Below are positions 23,991 to 35,479 of a stretch of DNA of 64,000 bases, piece by piece. The position numbers and the translations under genes are program-made. Where the stretch lies: the NCBI RefSeq assembly GCF_009834535.1, contig NC_045697.1, positions 5,520,001 through 5,584,000 of the forward strand, given 5' to 3'. The notes beneath the pieces are model-generated. The model was not told the origin of the DNA, made no database searches, and saw nothing but the letters and a program-made list of their open reading frames with translations. This DNA is from Camelus ferus. Its lineage: Eukaryota. The first letter of the stretch is position 1. Each line of letters starts with the position of its first letter.

Positions 23991-25104
23991 AGAATAATAG
24001 TAATAAAAATAATAAATAATAATAATAAAAGAAGAAGAAGAAGAGGTCATCTTCACCATTGCATCATCTAGGACCACCCAGGCCAATACCACCCGGGGTG
24101 ACGGAACCAGCTTTGGAAATGGACAATCTCAGATCTACCACTTACCAGCCTCTTGACCTTGAATGGGCCCCTTCTCTGCACTTACGTTCTGAATTTACAA
24201 TATGGGGATGAGAACTCTTCCCTCCCAGGACTCTAAGGAATCTTAAATATATAGAGAACACATAGAGAGTTCCTAGGGCCTGGTGCTGGCTTTCTCCGTG
24301 GTGAGATGCCGGTTTTCTGTTCAGGGCTGAATTAGAGCCCCCCTACCCCACGGACACCTCTGCCGTCCCATGGGGCAGTCGGACAGGGTCAGGGTCAGGG
24401 ACCCTGGGGGCCGGGCCAGTGATGTGTCCAGGCCACCTTTTCCAATGGACTCATCATGGGCCTTTTAAACTTCAGCTTCCTGGATGACTAGGCTTTGAAG
24501 TGACCCGCGGCAGTTTGAGTCTCTTTGGGAGTCCTCTTGACTTTCCCCCAGTGAGATATCTGGCTGGTGATGTGGCTGGAAAGATCCACGGGAGAGACAT
24601 GCAATATCTTTCTTCCCAAACTTCCCGGTCCTCCAAGGAAGGGCCGTGTTTGGTTTGAAAACAGAATGGCTTTATCACCAACCAGAGCTCTGGAAGAAAT
24701 CTCTCCCCCTAAAGCTGAACAAACAGCCCGGGCTCCACTCACACCCTGCTCTTAGCTCTTGAAACCCATTTGGGCTTATCTAGGGCCTGCCTTCACCCTG
24801 GAGCTGCCCAGACGCCCTATTCTCAGAGGTGTGTCCTGAGCCCCAGACCCCTCCATGGGCTGGGAGATCTGCCTTCCGCCCCATCTCCTCCTTGTAGGGG
24901 GAAGAGGCGCCTGCATTCAGGTCTCTTCCTGCTCTGAGCCTCAGTGTCCTCACCTGCAAAGTGGAGACGAGACTGCTTGCCTCACCCAAATGAGCCAGGG
25001 GTGAGGGAGACAACTTTAACAGGAAGAGCGGGCATAGGATGTGCTCGGAGAGCCCTGGCTTGGTCTGAAAAGAATACAGCAGGGGGTTGGTTTGAAACAT
25101 ACTG

Positions 25105-25245
25105 CTTAGGTGCTGGGTGACCTTGGGCAAATTCATTAACCTCTCTGAGATTCAGCAGCTTCAGCTTGTAAGTCACCTGGTGATAATACGATTGCTACAA
25201 AGCACTGCTCCCAATGCTCAGACATCTAATTCATAGGTAGTTATT
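25105..25245 (+). mobile_element. MIR SINE
   Basis: gtgaccttgggcaaattcattaacctctctgag. Confidence 0.75.
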
Positions 25246-25400
25246 TATTATTATTATCAATCATTATGATCAAGTTATTACGTTCCTTTAGGCAAGAACT
25301 GCTTATTTATTTATTCCCAACACTTTGCATATACTAAATGGAGCTCCTCAATATGACTGTGGATAAAATCCTATCATTTTTAGATCATTTCTATTTTTTA

Positions 25401-25571
25401 AAAATCTTGTTTTAAATTTTGTGGGTTTTTTGGGGGGTTTTGTTTTGATTTTTGTGGGAGAAAGGGTAATTAGGTTTATTTATTTATGTATTCATAGAGG
25501 AGGGACTGGGGATTGAACCCAGAACCTCGTGCATGCTAAGCAGGCGCTCTACCTCTGAGTTACACCCTCCC
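25401..25571 (-). mobile_element. Vic-1-like tRNA-derived SINE
   Basis: ggtaattaggtttatttattt...ggggattgaacccagaacctcgtgcatgctaagc...ctgagttacaccctccc; approximate TSD atcatttctatttttt / atcatttttattttt. Confidence 0.9.
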
Positions 25572-25579
25572 TCCATCAT

Positions 25580-26065
25580 TTTTATTTTTAAATAGAACTT
25601 TTTATTGAGAGGACTATAGATCCATGTGCAGTTGTAGGAAAACACATAGACTCCCTTGTACACTTCCACCCCTACAGTCACATTTTACAAAACAGAGGGA
25701 GGGTATAGCTCAAGTGGTAGGGCACATGCTTAGCATGTAGGAGGTCCTGGGTTCAATCCCCAGTCCCTGCTCTAAGAATACAAAAATAAATAAACCTATT
25801 TACTCCCCCCTCTGCCAAAAAAAAAAATCTGTATTCATTGTGGAAAATAAAGAATAGTATTTAAAAAATTTTACAAAATGATAGCATATAACATTTTACA
25901 ATAATTTTTATATTCACAACCAGGATAATAACTGATCCAATCCACCAATCTTATTCTGGTTTTCCAGTTTTATTTGTTCTTACCTCTGTGTGTGTGTGTG
26001 AAGTTCTGTGCAAACCTGTGTCTCCACCACAGTCAAGGTAACACCACAAAAACCCCTTGTGCTGG
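25580..26065 (-). mobile_element. L1MC-like 3' fragment interrupted by a SINE
   Basis: tagatccatgtgcagttgtaggaaa...cccttgtacacttc...cacaaccaggata...caccacagtcaag. Confidence 0.65.
25695..25867 (+). mobile_element. Vic-1-like tRNA-derived SINE
   Basis: gagggtatagctcaagtggtag...cttagcatg...ggttcaatcccc; TSD attttacaaaa at 25682-25692 and 25868-25878. Confidence 0.9.
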
Positions 26066-26534
26066 AATCCTGTCATCTTAAAACTAGAAGGTCCCCCAGT
26101 TTGATTTTCTGTCAACATAGCAGATACACTAAGAGGCGCTCAGTGATCTGCCCCCCTTGATTCAAGCCCCAGCTCTACAGTTCAGTGCTGCGTAACCCTG
26201 GGCAGCCTCTTCAGTCTCATTTCCTCATCTGCAAAGTGGGGAAACGACAGCCTCCAGCACTCAACAAAGCATTCCAGAAACACAAGCTGTTAGTATGGCT
26301 TCCGGAAGTTAGCGATGGAAAAACTGAGGCCCTAGAAGCAAAGATGCTTAATCAGAATCACACCCCGAGCTGGAGGCCCAGCCGAGGAGGGAGCCCAGGC
26401 AGACCAGGGCAGCAAGAGGCCCCGTGACCCACAAGCCTGGGCTGGCCATGGGACCAGCCAGACCTCTTTCCGGGGCTGACTGCACAGCCTCTGGAGGCTG
26501 CCTGCCTGTGCAAGTATCCCCACCATTGGCATCT

Positions 26535-26660
26535 GACTGAGACAAGTGACCTAAATTTCCTCGTGCCTCAACTGTCCCATCTGCAAAATGGGAATGGCAG
26601 TTGGCTGCAGTAAAGGATTTGTCAATGGAATCCACGTAAATCAAAAACTAAGGGCTGGTA
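26535..26660 (+). mobile_element. MIR SINE
   Basis: acaagtgacctaaatttcctcgtgcctcaactgtcccatctgcaaaatggg. Confidence 0.7.
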
Positions 26661-26804
26661 TGTGTGTGGTTATATTAACAGAAAGCCATTAATATGACTA
26701 GTGAGTGGCATGGTCTTAACTGATTTTTTTTTTTTTAAATTATTGTAGGGAAACTGCTGGGCTAGGAAGAGAAGGTGAGCAAACTTGACAAAGCCCGGAA
26801 TTGT

Positions 26805-27142
26805 TCAGGCAGTTCTCTGCATCTGTGAATGTGGAACCCACAGGTACTCAAGGCCTCCTGTAGGACACCATTTTATTTAAGGGACTTGAGCAGCTGCAGA
26901 TTTGGGTATTGAGCGTGAGTGTGATGGGAAGGTTAGGGACTATTTAGCACAAAAGCAGTTAAGCAAGTTAAACAGAGATGGGGGGTTGTCAAAGAAAAGA
27001 GAAAAACAAGTTGCAAGAATTCTAAGTCAGAGGGAATCAGCAAACAGCTTTAGCATCAGGGAAGCCATTTTGTTAGTTAGTTTCCTACCCTTAGATGTGG
27101 GGTTCCTGGAACCACTCCCCCACGGGTACCAGGGGGCAACCG
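26805..27142 (+). mobile_element. TcMar-Tigger MITE (MER46/Tigger4-like) split by a roughly 185 bp insert
   Basis: ccattttatttaagggacttgagcagctgcagatttgggtat | gtggggttcctggaaccactccccacgggtaccagggggcaac. Confidence 0.6.
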
Positions 27143-27339
27143 AATGAGAGGAGCGTGGAACATTATTACGGAATCCGGCTATATTCTGTGAGAACCGTAA
27201 TAAACCATCAAAACTAAAGACCTGGAACAACTGAGCCAGTCTGATCCTCTCCAGTTTACAGGGAAAGCACAACTTCTCATTCCTCCTGACAGAATTTCCT
27301 TCTTTTTGCCGCTGGATTAGCTCTTCAATACAAAAAACT

Positions 27340-27660
27340 TCTGATCCTGTACTTGCAGCCTGCTGTTAAAATGTCATTGCCAAACAAACACACACAGGTT
27401 ACAATCTTTTCTTCTCTCTCTCTCTTCCCCAAGATCAAAGGAGGCATTTGGGCCTTTAAGATAACATTCATTTGGAGAGAGATGGTAATATATAAGATTA
27501 ATGAAAATTAACGTAAACCCTCTGAATAGAAGAGAGCTTTTGTTCAATCGTTTGTCCTGCTGTTAATTATGCGTTAGGTGGTGATAAATGCTTTAAATCA
27601 AGCGATGCCTTGAAAGCCATTTAAATGATTTTCACCTAATTAGGTTCCCTGCCTTGTTCT
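27340..27660. promoter_or_regulatory. Candidate conserved non-coding element abutting the CpG island
   Basis: Repeat-free. AGATCAAAGG (TCF/LEF), AAACAAACA (FOX), ATTAAT, TTAATTA, CTAATTAG, GATAA. Confidence 0.5.
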
Positions 27661-27679
27661 GAGCCTGGGGGATGCCTCC

Positions 27680-28460
27680 CTGCCGCTCCTGCTCCTCTGC
27701 AAACGTAAGGTGCCAGGTATCCGGGAGCCCCCAGCTCCAGAACCAAGTTTCCCCGCTGCCACCGGCTCTGACTCACCCCGGCGCGCTCAGGGCTGTGACT
27801 GACTTCGCCGGCGCGGCTTCGCAAACCAGAGATCAAAAGGAAATTTATCTGTTTCTGTCTCCCTTCGGCCTGTTACAACCAGACTTTATGACAAGACCCT
27901 ATCAGCCTTAAAGCTGAGAAGGCCCCTGCACCGAGGGAAACAGAGAGCCCGGGAGAGGCCGAGCGAACGGTCACTGTCAGATCTGGGGCGCGAATCGCTG
28001 CGCGACCCCCAGTCGGCCCGGAAGGGGGTGGGGCAGCGGCGGGACAGGGAGGGGTGCCGGTTCGTGCAACCCCCAGGGGTCACTGACGTGCAAAGTCTCC
28101 CTTGCCCGCCGCCGGCTCTGTGCGTCTTAAAGAAACTGCCTAAAGGCGAACCGATGCTCTGGAAGGGGCGAGTCGGGGTGAGGAGGTTCTCCAAACCTCG
28201 CAGAGTAGCAGGATCCTTCACCCCGAGGTTCCGGGGGCCTAGAATTCTTCCCGCCACTGTACAAGTTTTGAAATCAAATGACCTCCTCCTCCCGGAGTTC
28301 CCCAGGATTGAAATTCAGCCCGTTCTCGCTCAAGCGGGACCCGGTGCACCTTCAGTGGTCGCCGCCCTGCCTTCCTGCCTGGAAATGCCCACGTTAGCAG
28401 ACAATTCGTTTGGTGGCAAATCGCCCTCATCCCTCAGCCTGTAAAGCGCTGCGAAGTGCT
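27680..28460. promoter_or_regulatory. CpG island with no associated coding exon seen
   Basis: About 50-55 CpGs in about 780 GC-rich bp by manual count, against strong CpG depletion elsewhere. Confidence 0.75.
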
Positions 28461-29374
28461 GACCTGGCATTCTGACACCACATGATCTCTGATCTGAAGA
28501 TGAATCCCAGTCAAGACCCAGTATCGCCATCACTTTTGTAGATTCCTGGTACCCTTCTGTCTCCAACAGCTGAAAAATCACAAGGGCAGCAGCTCCCACT
28601 GGGTTTTCACCTCTTGCCACCCCCTCGGAAGCCAGAAGATACAAGGAAAACGAAACAAAAATTCCTTCAATAGACACCTCTTCTAGCTTAAAAGGAAAGA
28701 AAAAAAAAAAGAGCCAGTTCACATTAGAAGCTGGAATCTTTGTCGCAGGGTTTCCCTCCTTTCATCCTGAACAATTCTTCCATTTACCATGCAGAGGGTT
28801 TCAGAACCCCCTGAAGTTGCAATTATTTGGACATTTTTGGAACATGTCTGTTAATGATTTGTGATCCTAAGGACTTATTTTGAATTAATTCCTCTTTTAA
28901 AGGGCAGTTTGGTCTCCCAATAAGGGGCAGACCCCCGAACGCCACAGCCCCTGCCTTTGTGCTAAATGAACTTTTTAGAGGTTCCAGATGACGCCTGGCA
29001 CCAGACAGAAGGAAGCCAGCCAGAGAGGTCAACGCTCTGGGCCAGCTTCCCGGGACGCCCCCCCACTCTCCTATCCCCCCACCTCCCCATCACTGGGCAG
29101 GAAACGGTGGCCCCCCAGAGTGAGGCATTTCAGAAATGCCTTTGAGACAACAGACCGGGCCAGCAAGGCCTCCGTGAGCTCTCAGCAGGGGCAAAAATGG
29201 GCGATGGAGTCCCAAAGCCAGTGCTCCGCAGACACCCGCCTCAGCATCCCCACACCCTCCTGCTGCAAAGCGAAGCACATGGCTTCCCAGAGGCCCTTAA
29301 TCACCGACCCTCTCCTCACCGACTTTTTTGTATCACGGCAAAATTCTGAACTCCCAGTCTATCCCTCCCCTAGT

Positions 29375-29497
29375 TTGTAGATACACACTACTATATGCAA
29401 AATAGATAAACCACAAGGGCCTACTGTAGAGCACAGGGAACTATATTCAATATATTGTAATACATGCCTATAATGAAAAAGAATATGAAAAGGAATG

Positions 29498-29543
<46 letters not shown>

Positions 29544-29625
29544 AACTGAATCGCTATGCTGTATACCAGAAACTAACACAATGTTGTAAATCGACTATAC
29601 ATCAATGAAAAAGGAAAAAATGGTT
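29375..29625 (+). mobile_element. Cetartiodactyl-type L1 extreme 3' end with internal (AT)n
   Basis: cctactgtagagcacagggaactatattcaatat...tataactgaatcgctatgctgtataccagaaactaacaca...gtaaatcgactatac. Confidence 0.9.
29504..29539. repeat. (AT)n microsatellite, about 18 units
   Basis: Direct reading. Confidence 0.95.
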
Positions 29626-29629
29626 AAAA

Positions 29630-31260
29630 ATATACACAACATAAAATTTATCATTTAACGATTATCAAGTGGCATTAGGTACATTCACACTGTTGTGCAG
29701 CCATCTCCACCATCCATCTCCAGAACTCTTAGTCTTGGCAAAACTGAAACTCTGTCCCCATTAAACTCTAACTCCCATTCTCCCCTCCCCCAGCCCCTGG
29801 CCTCCTCCCTTCTACTTTCTGTCTCTGTGGATTTGACCACTCTAGGGACCTCATATAAGAGTAGAATTATACACTGTTTGATTTTTGTGACTTTTTTTGT
29901 GGCTGGCTTATTTCACTTAGCATGATGTCCTCACAGTCCCATCCCTGTTACAGCAGGTGTCAGAATTTCATTCCTTTTTAAGCCTGAATTCTGTTCCATT
30001 TTTAGGCAGAGACCACATTGTGTTTATCTGTTCATCCATCTTTGGATACATGTGAAATAGGAGGCAAGAGGGCAGGGCACAACCACTGAAGGAATGACAC
30101 AGGAACTGAAGACAGGACACACTGGGTAGAACCAAGATGGCGGAATATTCGACTTCCAGTAGACCTTGAGCCTCCTGGCACAGCCACAGGCGCCAGGACA
30201 GTTCCTAAACTGACCGTGAAAGGCCAGAAAGTGGTTTCCTAGAAACCCTCACCCCTTCCCCAAAGTGGTTGTGATCATCCCCCTACTCATTAGTATATGA
30301 AATTACCTTGCCCATAAAACCTAGCAACCCCACACCCGATAGTCGCTCTCTCTCCGGCCTTCTGAGACGGCCCGCACTCTGTGGAGTGTGTATCTACTCT
30401 TACTTTAAGCTAACCCCCCTGCCCCACCGCCTGGTCTCTCTCTTTCTCACCTTTCTGAGACGGCCTGCATTCTGCCTATGGAGTGTGTATTTCCTAAGCC
30501 ATTTCCCTTCTGCGTGAGACAGACCCTGCTCTGTCTCTGGGGTGTGCATCTCTCTAAGTAAACTTACTCTCCCTTTACTACGCCTCGCTCTTGAATTTTT
30601 TCCTGCACGTTTCCTCGTACAACACGTGTCACTTCCACCTTCCGCCTGTCGTGAATAATGCTGCTGTGCGCATGGATGTGCAATCTCTCTTCAAGTCCCT
30701 GCTTTCTGTTCTTTGGGGGTATCTACCAAGAAGTAGAATTGCTGGATCATGTAGTAGCTTCGTTTTTAATTTTTTTGAGGAGCTGCCAGGCTATTTTGCA
30801 TAGAAGCTGAAACACTGTGTGTTCTCACCCACTGGGAACAAGGCTTCCAATTCCTCCGCATCCTCCCCAACACTTGTTATTTCCAGTTTGTTTGATAGCA
30901 GCCATCCTGATGGCTGTCAAGTGACATCTCCTTTTGGCGTTGGTTTGCATTTCCTTGATGATCAGCAACATCGAACATCTTTTCATGTGCTTGTTCACCA
31001 TTTATATCTCTTTTTTAGAGAAATGGCTACTCACATTCTTTGCCCATTTTTTTTTAATCAGATTGTTTGTCTTTTTTTTTTTTTGTGGTTGAGTCATAGT
31101 TATTTATATAGTCTGGATATTAACCCATTATCAGATACATGACGTGCAAATACTTTCTTCCATTCATAGGTTGCCTTTTCACTCTGTTGACAGTGTCCTT
31201 TTACACGCAAACGGTTTTAATTTTGATGGAGATCAATTTATCTGTTTTTCCCTTGGTTGC
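29630..31260 (-). mobile_element. L1MB-like 3' portion interrupted by an ERV LTR
   Basis: gtggcattaggtacattcacactgttgtgcagcc...atttgaccactctagggacctcatataag...gaagtagaattgctggatcat...ggatattaacccattatcagata. Confidence 0.88.
30053..30624 (+). mobile_element. ERV solo LTR (ERV1-like) with 4-bp TSD
   Basis: TG...CA ends; flanks catg / cgtg (one CpG transition); homologous to 9011-9550. Confidence 0.85.
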
Positions 31261-31269
31261 TCCTTTATC

Positions 31270-31625
31270 ATCCTTACCTCTAAGTCTTTACCTGTTCCCT
31301 CTGCCTGGAATGCTGTTCCTTCACTTCTTAGCTGGGCAAACTCCTAGTAACTGTCAAGTCTCAATTTAAGGGCCACCTCCTGTAGGAAGTCTTCTCTGAT
31401 AGCCCCAGACTGGGATAGTTGCCCTTCCTCTTGGGTTCCTGGGATGAGGGACATCTTTCAATCAGAACACTTACCCAGTTATGTTATAATTGGCCCTCCC
31501 ACCAGTATACGCATTTACCACTAGACTGTGAATTCCTTTAGGGTAAGATGTATTTTCTAGTTCAGTAACCAAGTGCTGTGTTTGGCACATGAAAGACTCT
31601 CAATGAATATTTGTTCATAGAAATA
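31270..31625 (+). mobile_element. L2 3' end
   Basis: gttccctctgcctggaatgc...ctagactgtgaattcctt...ggcacatgaaagactctcaatgaatatttgtt. Confidence 0.8.
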
Positions 31626-32099
31626 AGCTAATTCAGTGGCTCCAGATATTTTTCCTTATAAAGGCCTCTTACATAAGGAAGTATTTCATAAATCTGCACC
31701 TGATAGAAATGATATGTCCATGTTTGTGTTAATTGAGAATATTCATGACAAAAACAATGAGTTTTTCAAATAAATGTTTCTTCTTAGTCCCAGTAGTTTC
31801 AACAATCATTCCATTTACCATCATGCTAAGTGTGCTTAGAGATTCCAAGACTCAGAGCAACTGCTCAGTTTCTGGCCCCCTTCCTGGGATCCACAGCCCA
31901 CAGACTGGGAACCACCACCAATTTTATTGATAGGAAAATTAAGTCTCAGAAGGGGAAAGCATACTGTCTCAGTGATTCCATCAATGATATGTCCTAACAT
32001 ACCAACTGCAAAATCCTGCTCTGTTCTCTCAGAGGATACCTACCATTACTGGACTCTGATCCAGATACAGGATTGGAGAAAACATGGTGGCTGTGGCAT

Positions 32100-32460
32100 A
32101 CACAAGGCTGTGGGTCCACCACCCCATTTCTTCTGCTCAGACACATCCTGGTCTACATTTCCCAGGCTCCCCTGTGGTTCAGCTGGGGACCATAGGACAG
32201 AGTTATGGACAGTGGAATATGGGCAGAGAGGGTGGAAGCTGCGCTCAGCCTGGTCCTTGAAACATCCTTTCCCTTCTCCTTCCAAGGTGGCCTTGGCAGC
32301 CACGTGTTTAAGATAATGACATCCCAAGACACACGAAGCCTGGATCCCCAGTTACCACTTGCAGGAGAGCACCGGAGTGTGACACCAACTGCTACATACC
32401 TTCACTGTGTCAAGCTGCAGGGTTCCTGGTTAACTTGTTGCCCGGCACTGCCCAGTCTCT
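32100..32460 (+). mobile_element. Old MaLR LTR (MLT1J-like)
   Basis: ctacatttcccaggctcc...gtggaatatgggcaga...ccttggcagccacgtgtttaagata...gcctggatccc. Confidence 0.6.
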
Positions 32461-32834
32461 CCTGGCTAACACGGCTTCTCTGGAGATGAGTAAAGCCACG
32501 AAAACTGGCTGCGAAGGTGCCTCATGTGCTGGCGGGGTTCAGACTTCCAGCCCGGTGTTCTTTGCAACACACAACCTCTCTGGGTTTTATCTCATTGATT
32601 TGATGGGACGCGGAGATGAGTGACACCTCCCTTGGTCCCCATCGGACTCCCTTCACAGTCCAGTGGTGGGGACAGGGGCTGATAAGCAAAGCCAAGGTTC
32701 AGGCCGGGGACACAGGTGAGCCAGAAGTCAGCATCAGAGCCACACGTGACACACTACCAGGAGATTAGCACAACGCACTATCTCTACAGGAAAGGTAAGT
32801 TACAAGCGACAAATCACAAGGGGAAAAATATCGC

Positions 32835-33060
32835 AAAAAACTTGGGTTCTGGAGTCCAGCAAATCTGGGCTCAGTTCCTGCTTTGGCTACCTGAGAAGCA
32901 CTTCGAGTCACTGAGCCTCAGGTTCCTCATTTGTAGAATAATAATTAGCAATACTAAATCAATCAATAGCCTTCTGTGTTTGCTGGAAGAGCCGAATGAG
33001 TTGAGTTGAAGCTCTTGTACAGTGGGTGTGGAATAACTGTTACCACTATTACCACTTTAT
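32835..33060 (+). mobile_element. MIR SINE
   Basis: tctggagtccagcaaatctgggctcagttcctg...ctgagcctcaggttcctcatttgtagaat. Confidence 0.75.
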
Positions 33061-33087
33061 TATAAAAAGCTTTGTAAATTCTGAAGT

Positions 33088-33300
33088 TCTGTATATAGTC
33101 GTCTCAGCCCACTGGGGCTGCTATACCGGATTACCACAGACTGGTGGCTTAGAAACAACATTTATTTCTCAGTGTTCCAGAGGCTGGGAAGCCCAAGGTC
33201 AAGATGCTGGCAGACTCAGTGTCTGGTCAGGACCCGCTTCCTGCTTCATAGACAGCTGTCCTCTTCCTGGTCCTCACGTGGGGAAGGTGGCCAGCTCTCT
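33088..33300 (-). mobile_element. MaLR LTR fragment (MLT1A-like)
   Basis: gggctgctata...taccacagactggtggcttagaaacaacatttatttctca...gtcaagatgctggcagactcagtgtctggt. Confidence 0.8.
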
Positions 33301-33309
33301 TCCCCTCAC

Positions 33310-33500
33310 CTGCTTCATCTCTGTGACATTTATCATCACCTTGTGTATTACAAGGGCTTACTTTCTGATTCCTTTTCCTCCATTTCAATATAAGCACCTT
33401 CGGAGTAGAGGGTTTGGGTCTGTTCTGTTCACTGCTATTTCTGTAATAGTGCTTGATGTGGGCGGTAGACATGCAAGAAATGTTTTTTGAATGAACGAAT
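33310..33500 (+). mobile_element. L2 3' end
   Basis: tctgttctgttcactgct...aaatgttttttgaatgaacgaatg. Confidence 0.7.
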
Positions 33501-33699
33501 GGAGAAAGTAAAGAATGAATGGGCCACTAGAGAAAGACCCTTGTCACTGGGCAGATTCTGAGTTGCCTTCACAAGTGAGAAATGAGGCAGACTCGGAGCT
33601 AGCCTGTCTCCGAAAGGAATGGAAAATTCCTCCTCTCTGCGTGTGGCAAACACAGTGGACCTCCTGACTGCCTCTGGCTGGTGAGCTTGGTTCTAGGTT

Positions 33700-35100
33700 C
33701 ATCTGATGGCTCACTCCCAAATGAGCTTTAAATTCGCATCTCTCATGGCATGAAAATAAATGCCCCAAAGTATTGTGAAGTCCCATGTCCGAGAAGCTAG
33801 GTGGCTGTTGTGTTTGGACTTGAATATGCTAGAGGCATCATGTCACATTACCTGCAGCCCAGAAGGAGAAAAACTAGATGCAGAGATCGCATCTTTTCAG
33901 AAAGGACTTGCACCATGGATGCAGCAACTGATTCGAGGCTGGTGACAGTGTTAAGTGAACAAACTCCATCTACCACCATAAAGTAGTAGTTTAATGTGCA
34001 AATAAAATATTTCATAACCTTGTGCAATGATGGATGTGCTTCAAGACTGATGGTGACATATTCTGGAGAGATTTAGCAGGGATTCTGTATTTAACAGAGA
34101 TGAGAACCCAGGATGGATTTGTAGTTACCACTTTTTTTCTGGGAAGTTTTTGCTGCATCTCAAAAAACATGGACAAAGGAAGAAAAAAAAAATAAACATG
34201 GACAAAAAGCCTTCTATAAAATTAAATTTAAGCTGATCATTTCCCTTCCTGTCCAGGGAAACTGTCTCTATTTTCTGGGTTCCCTTGGCTGCGGAATGTA
34301 AACAGCCTCACCTCACCAGCAAGATATTTTGAAATTGTAAAGTGCTCATCAATTCAAATTAAATTGTGCCTATTTTTTTCTTTTTAACCAAATCTGAATC
34401 AAAATGTTGGTTCTTAATTTCTATTTCTGCCTTTGGGAAGATCATTTTCATGAGCACTGGAGAGTACAACAAAGTTGATGCTTAAACAAACTCAAAGGAC
34501 AGACTCTGTTAGCAATGGCGTAACCAGTAGTTAGCAGGAGTTGGGAAATTAAGTTGCATTTATACAGATTGATCCTGGCATCCAGGAGCCTCCCTGTGTC
34601 TAGTGGGTCCTCGTGAGCATTCAGCAGAAAGGGAGAGAGCTTGTCACATGCTGGTGGGGGGGAGGGGTTCGTGGTGGTGTCCATTCCTCCGTCAGCCTGT
34701 CCAGTACAGTGTAGTCACCTGCACCTTGTAAAGTGGATTTGCAGCTTTATATTATCTTGCTAGTTGTACAAATTCTAACAAGGACACACAGCTGAACAGA
34801 ATTCCTGCAAATAAACCACAGGTTGAAGACAACACAAAACAGATAAGCCAGAGCAGGCCAGAAGACGGTAGATCTGACACTTCTGTAAGTACGAGCTCTC
34901 TGTTGTCTCTTGGGTAAAAACCCTGACATCTAATCAGAGGCAATGGAAATGTGAGAGAGAAACAGAGAGAGAGAGAATTTCATCACGAAAACAAGCTATG
35001 GACCCACACTTGCTATCATTAACAATAAACTTCTCTGAATGATTGTGTATTGTGCCTGGAGATACTGGCTACAGATTTCATGGAGTAAGAGATCTTTTTG
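33700..35100. promoter_or_regulatory. Candidate conserved non-coding block
   Basis: About 1.4 kb without recognisable repeats. TGACAG (33943), CCATAAA, TGATGGAT (34028-34035), TGTAAACA, GCAAATA. Confidence 0.45.
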
Positions 35101-35479
35101 AAAAAGCACACAAAACATTAATAATTTTTCTTTTAGTACTGGGAATGAAGAGAGTAAAAATATATTTTTAAGAAATCTTGTTTAATATTTTTTTAAAAAG
35201 CCATCTTGAAATTTCTATTCTTGTGTAAGGGTCATAATATAGTTATAGTTCATATTTCATAACTTATTCATAACATATTTATGTTATTATGTAGTTATTA
35301 CACGTGTATCATTTTTAAATTTATATGGAATGCTGGCTCTATTCGCCTGGAGTGTGTTCTTTGTGGGGTAAGTAATTTTTTTAAATGGAGACTAGAGTGA
35401 TGGGGATGACACGTATGTCAACCATGAAGATGATGCAATGCTGCAGGCACCAGTTGAGCGAAGCCAGCTACCTACTCTG

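Noticed and set aside
34026..34090. Possible C/D-box snoRNA (atgatgg...ctga)
   Set aside because: Box C is imperfect, there is no terminal CTGA at a suitable distance, and no terminal stem or host exon context
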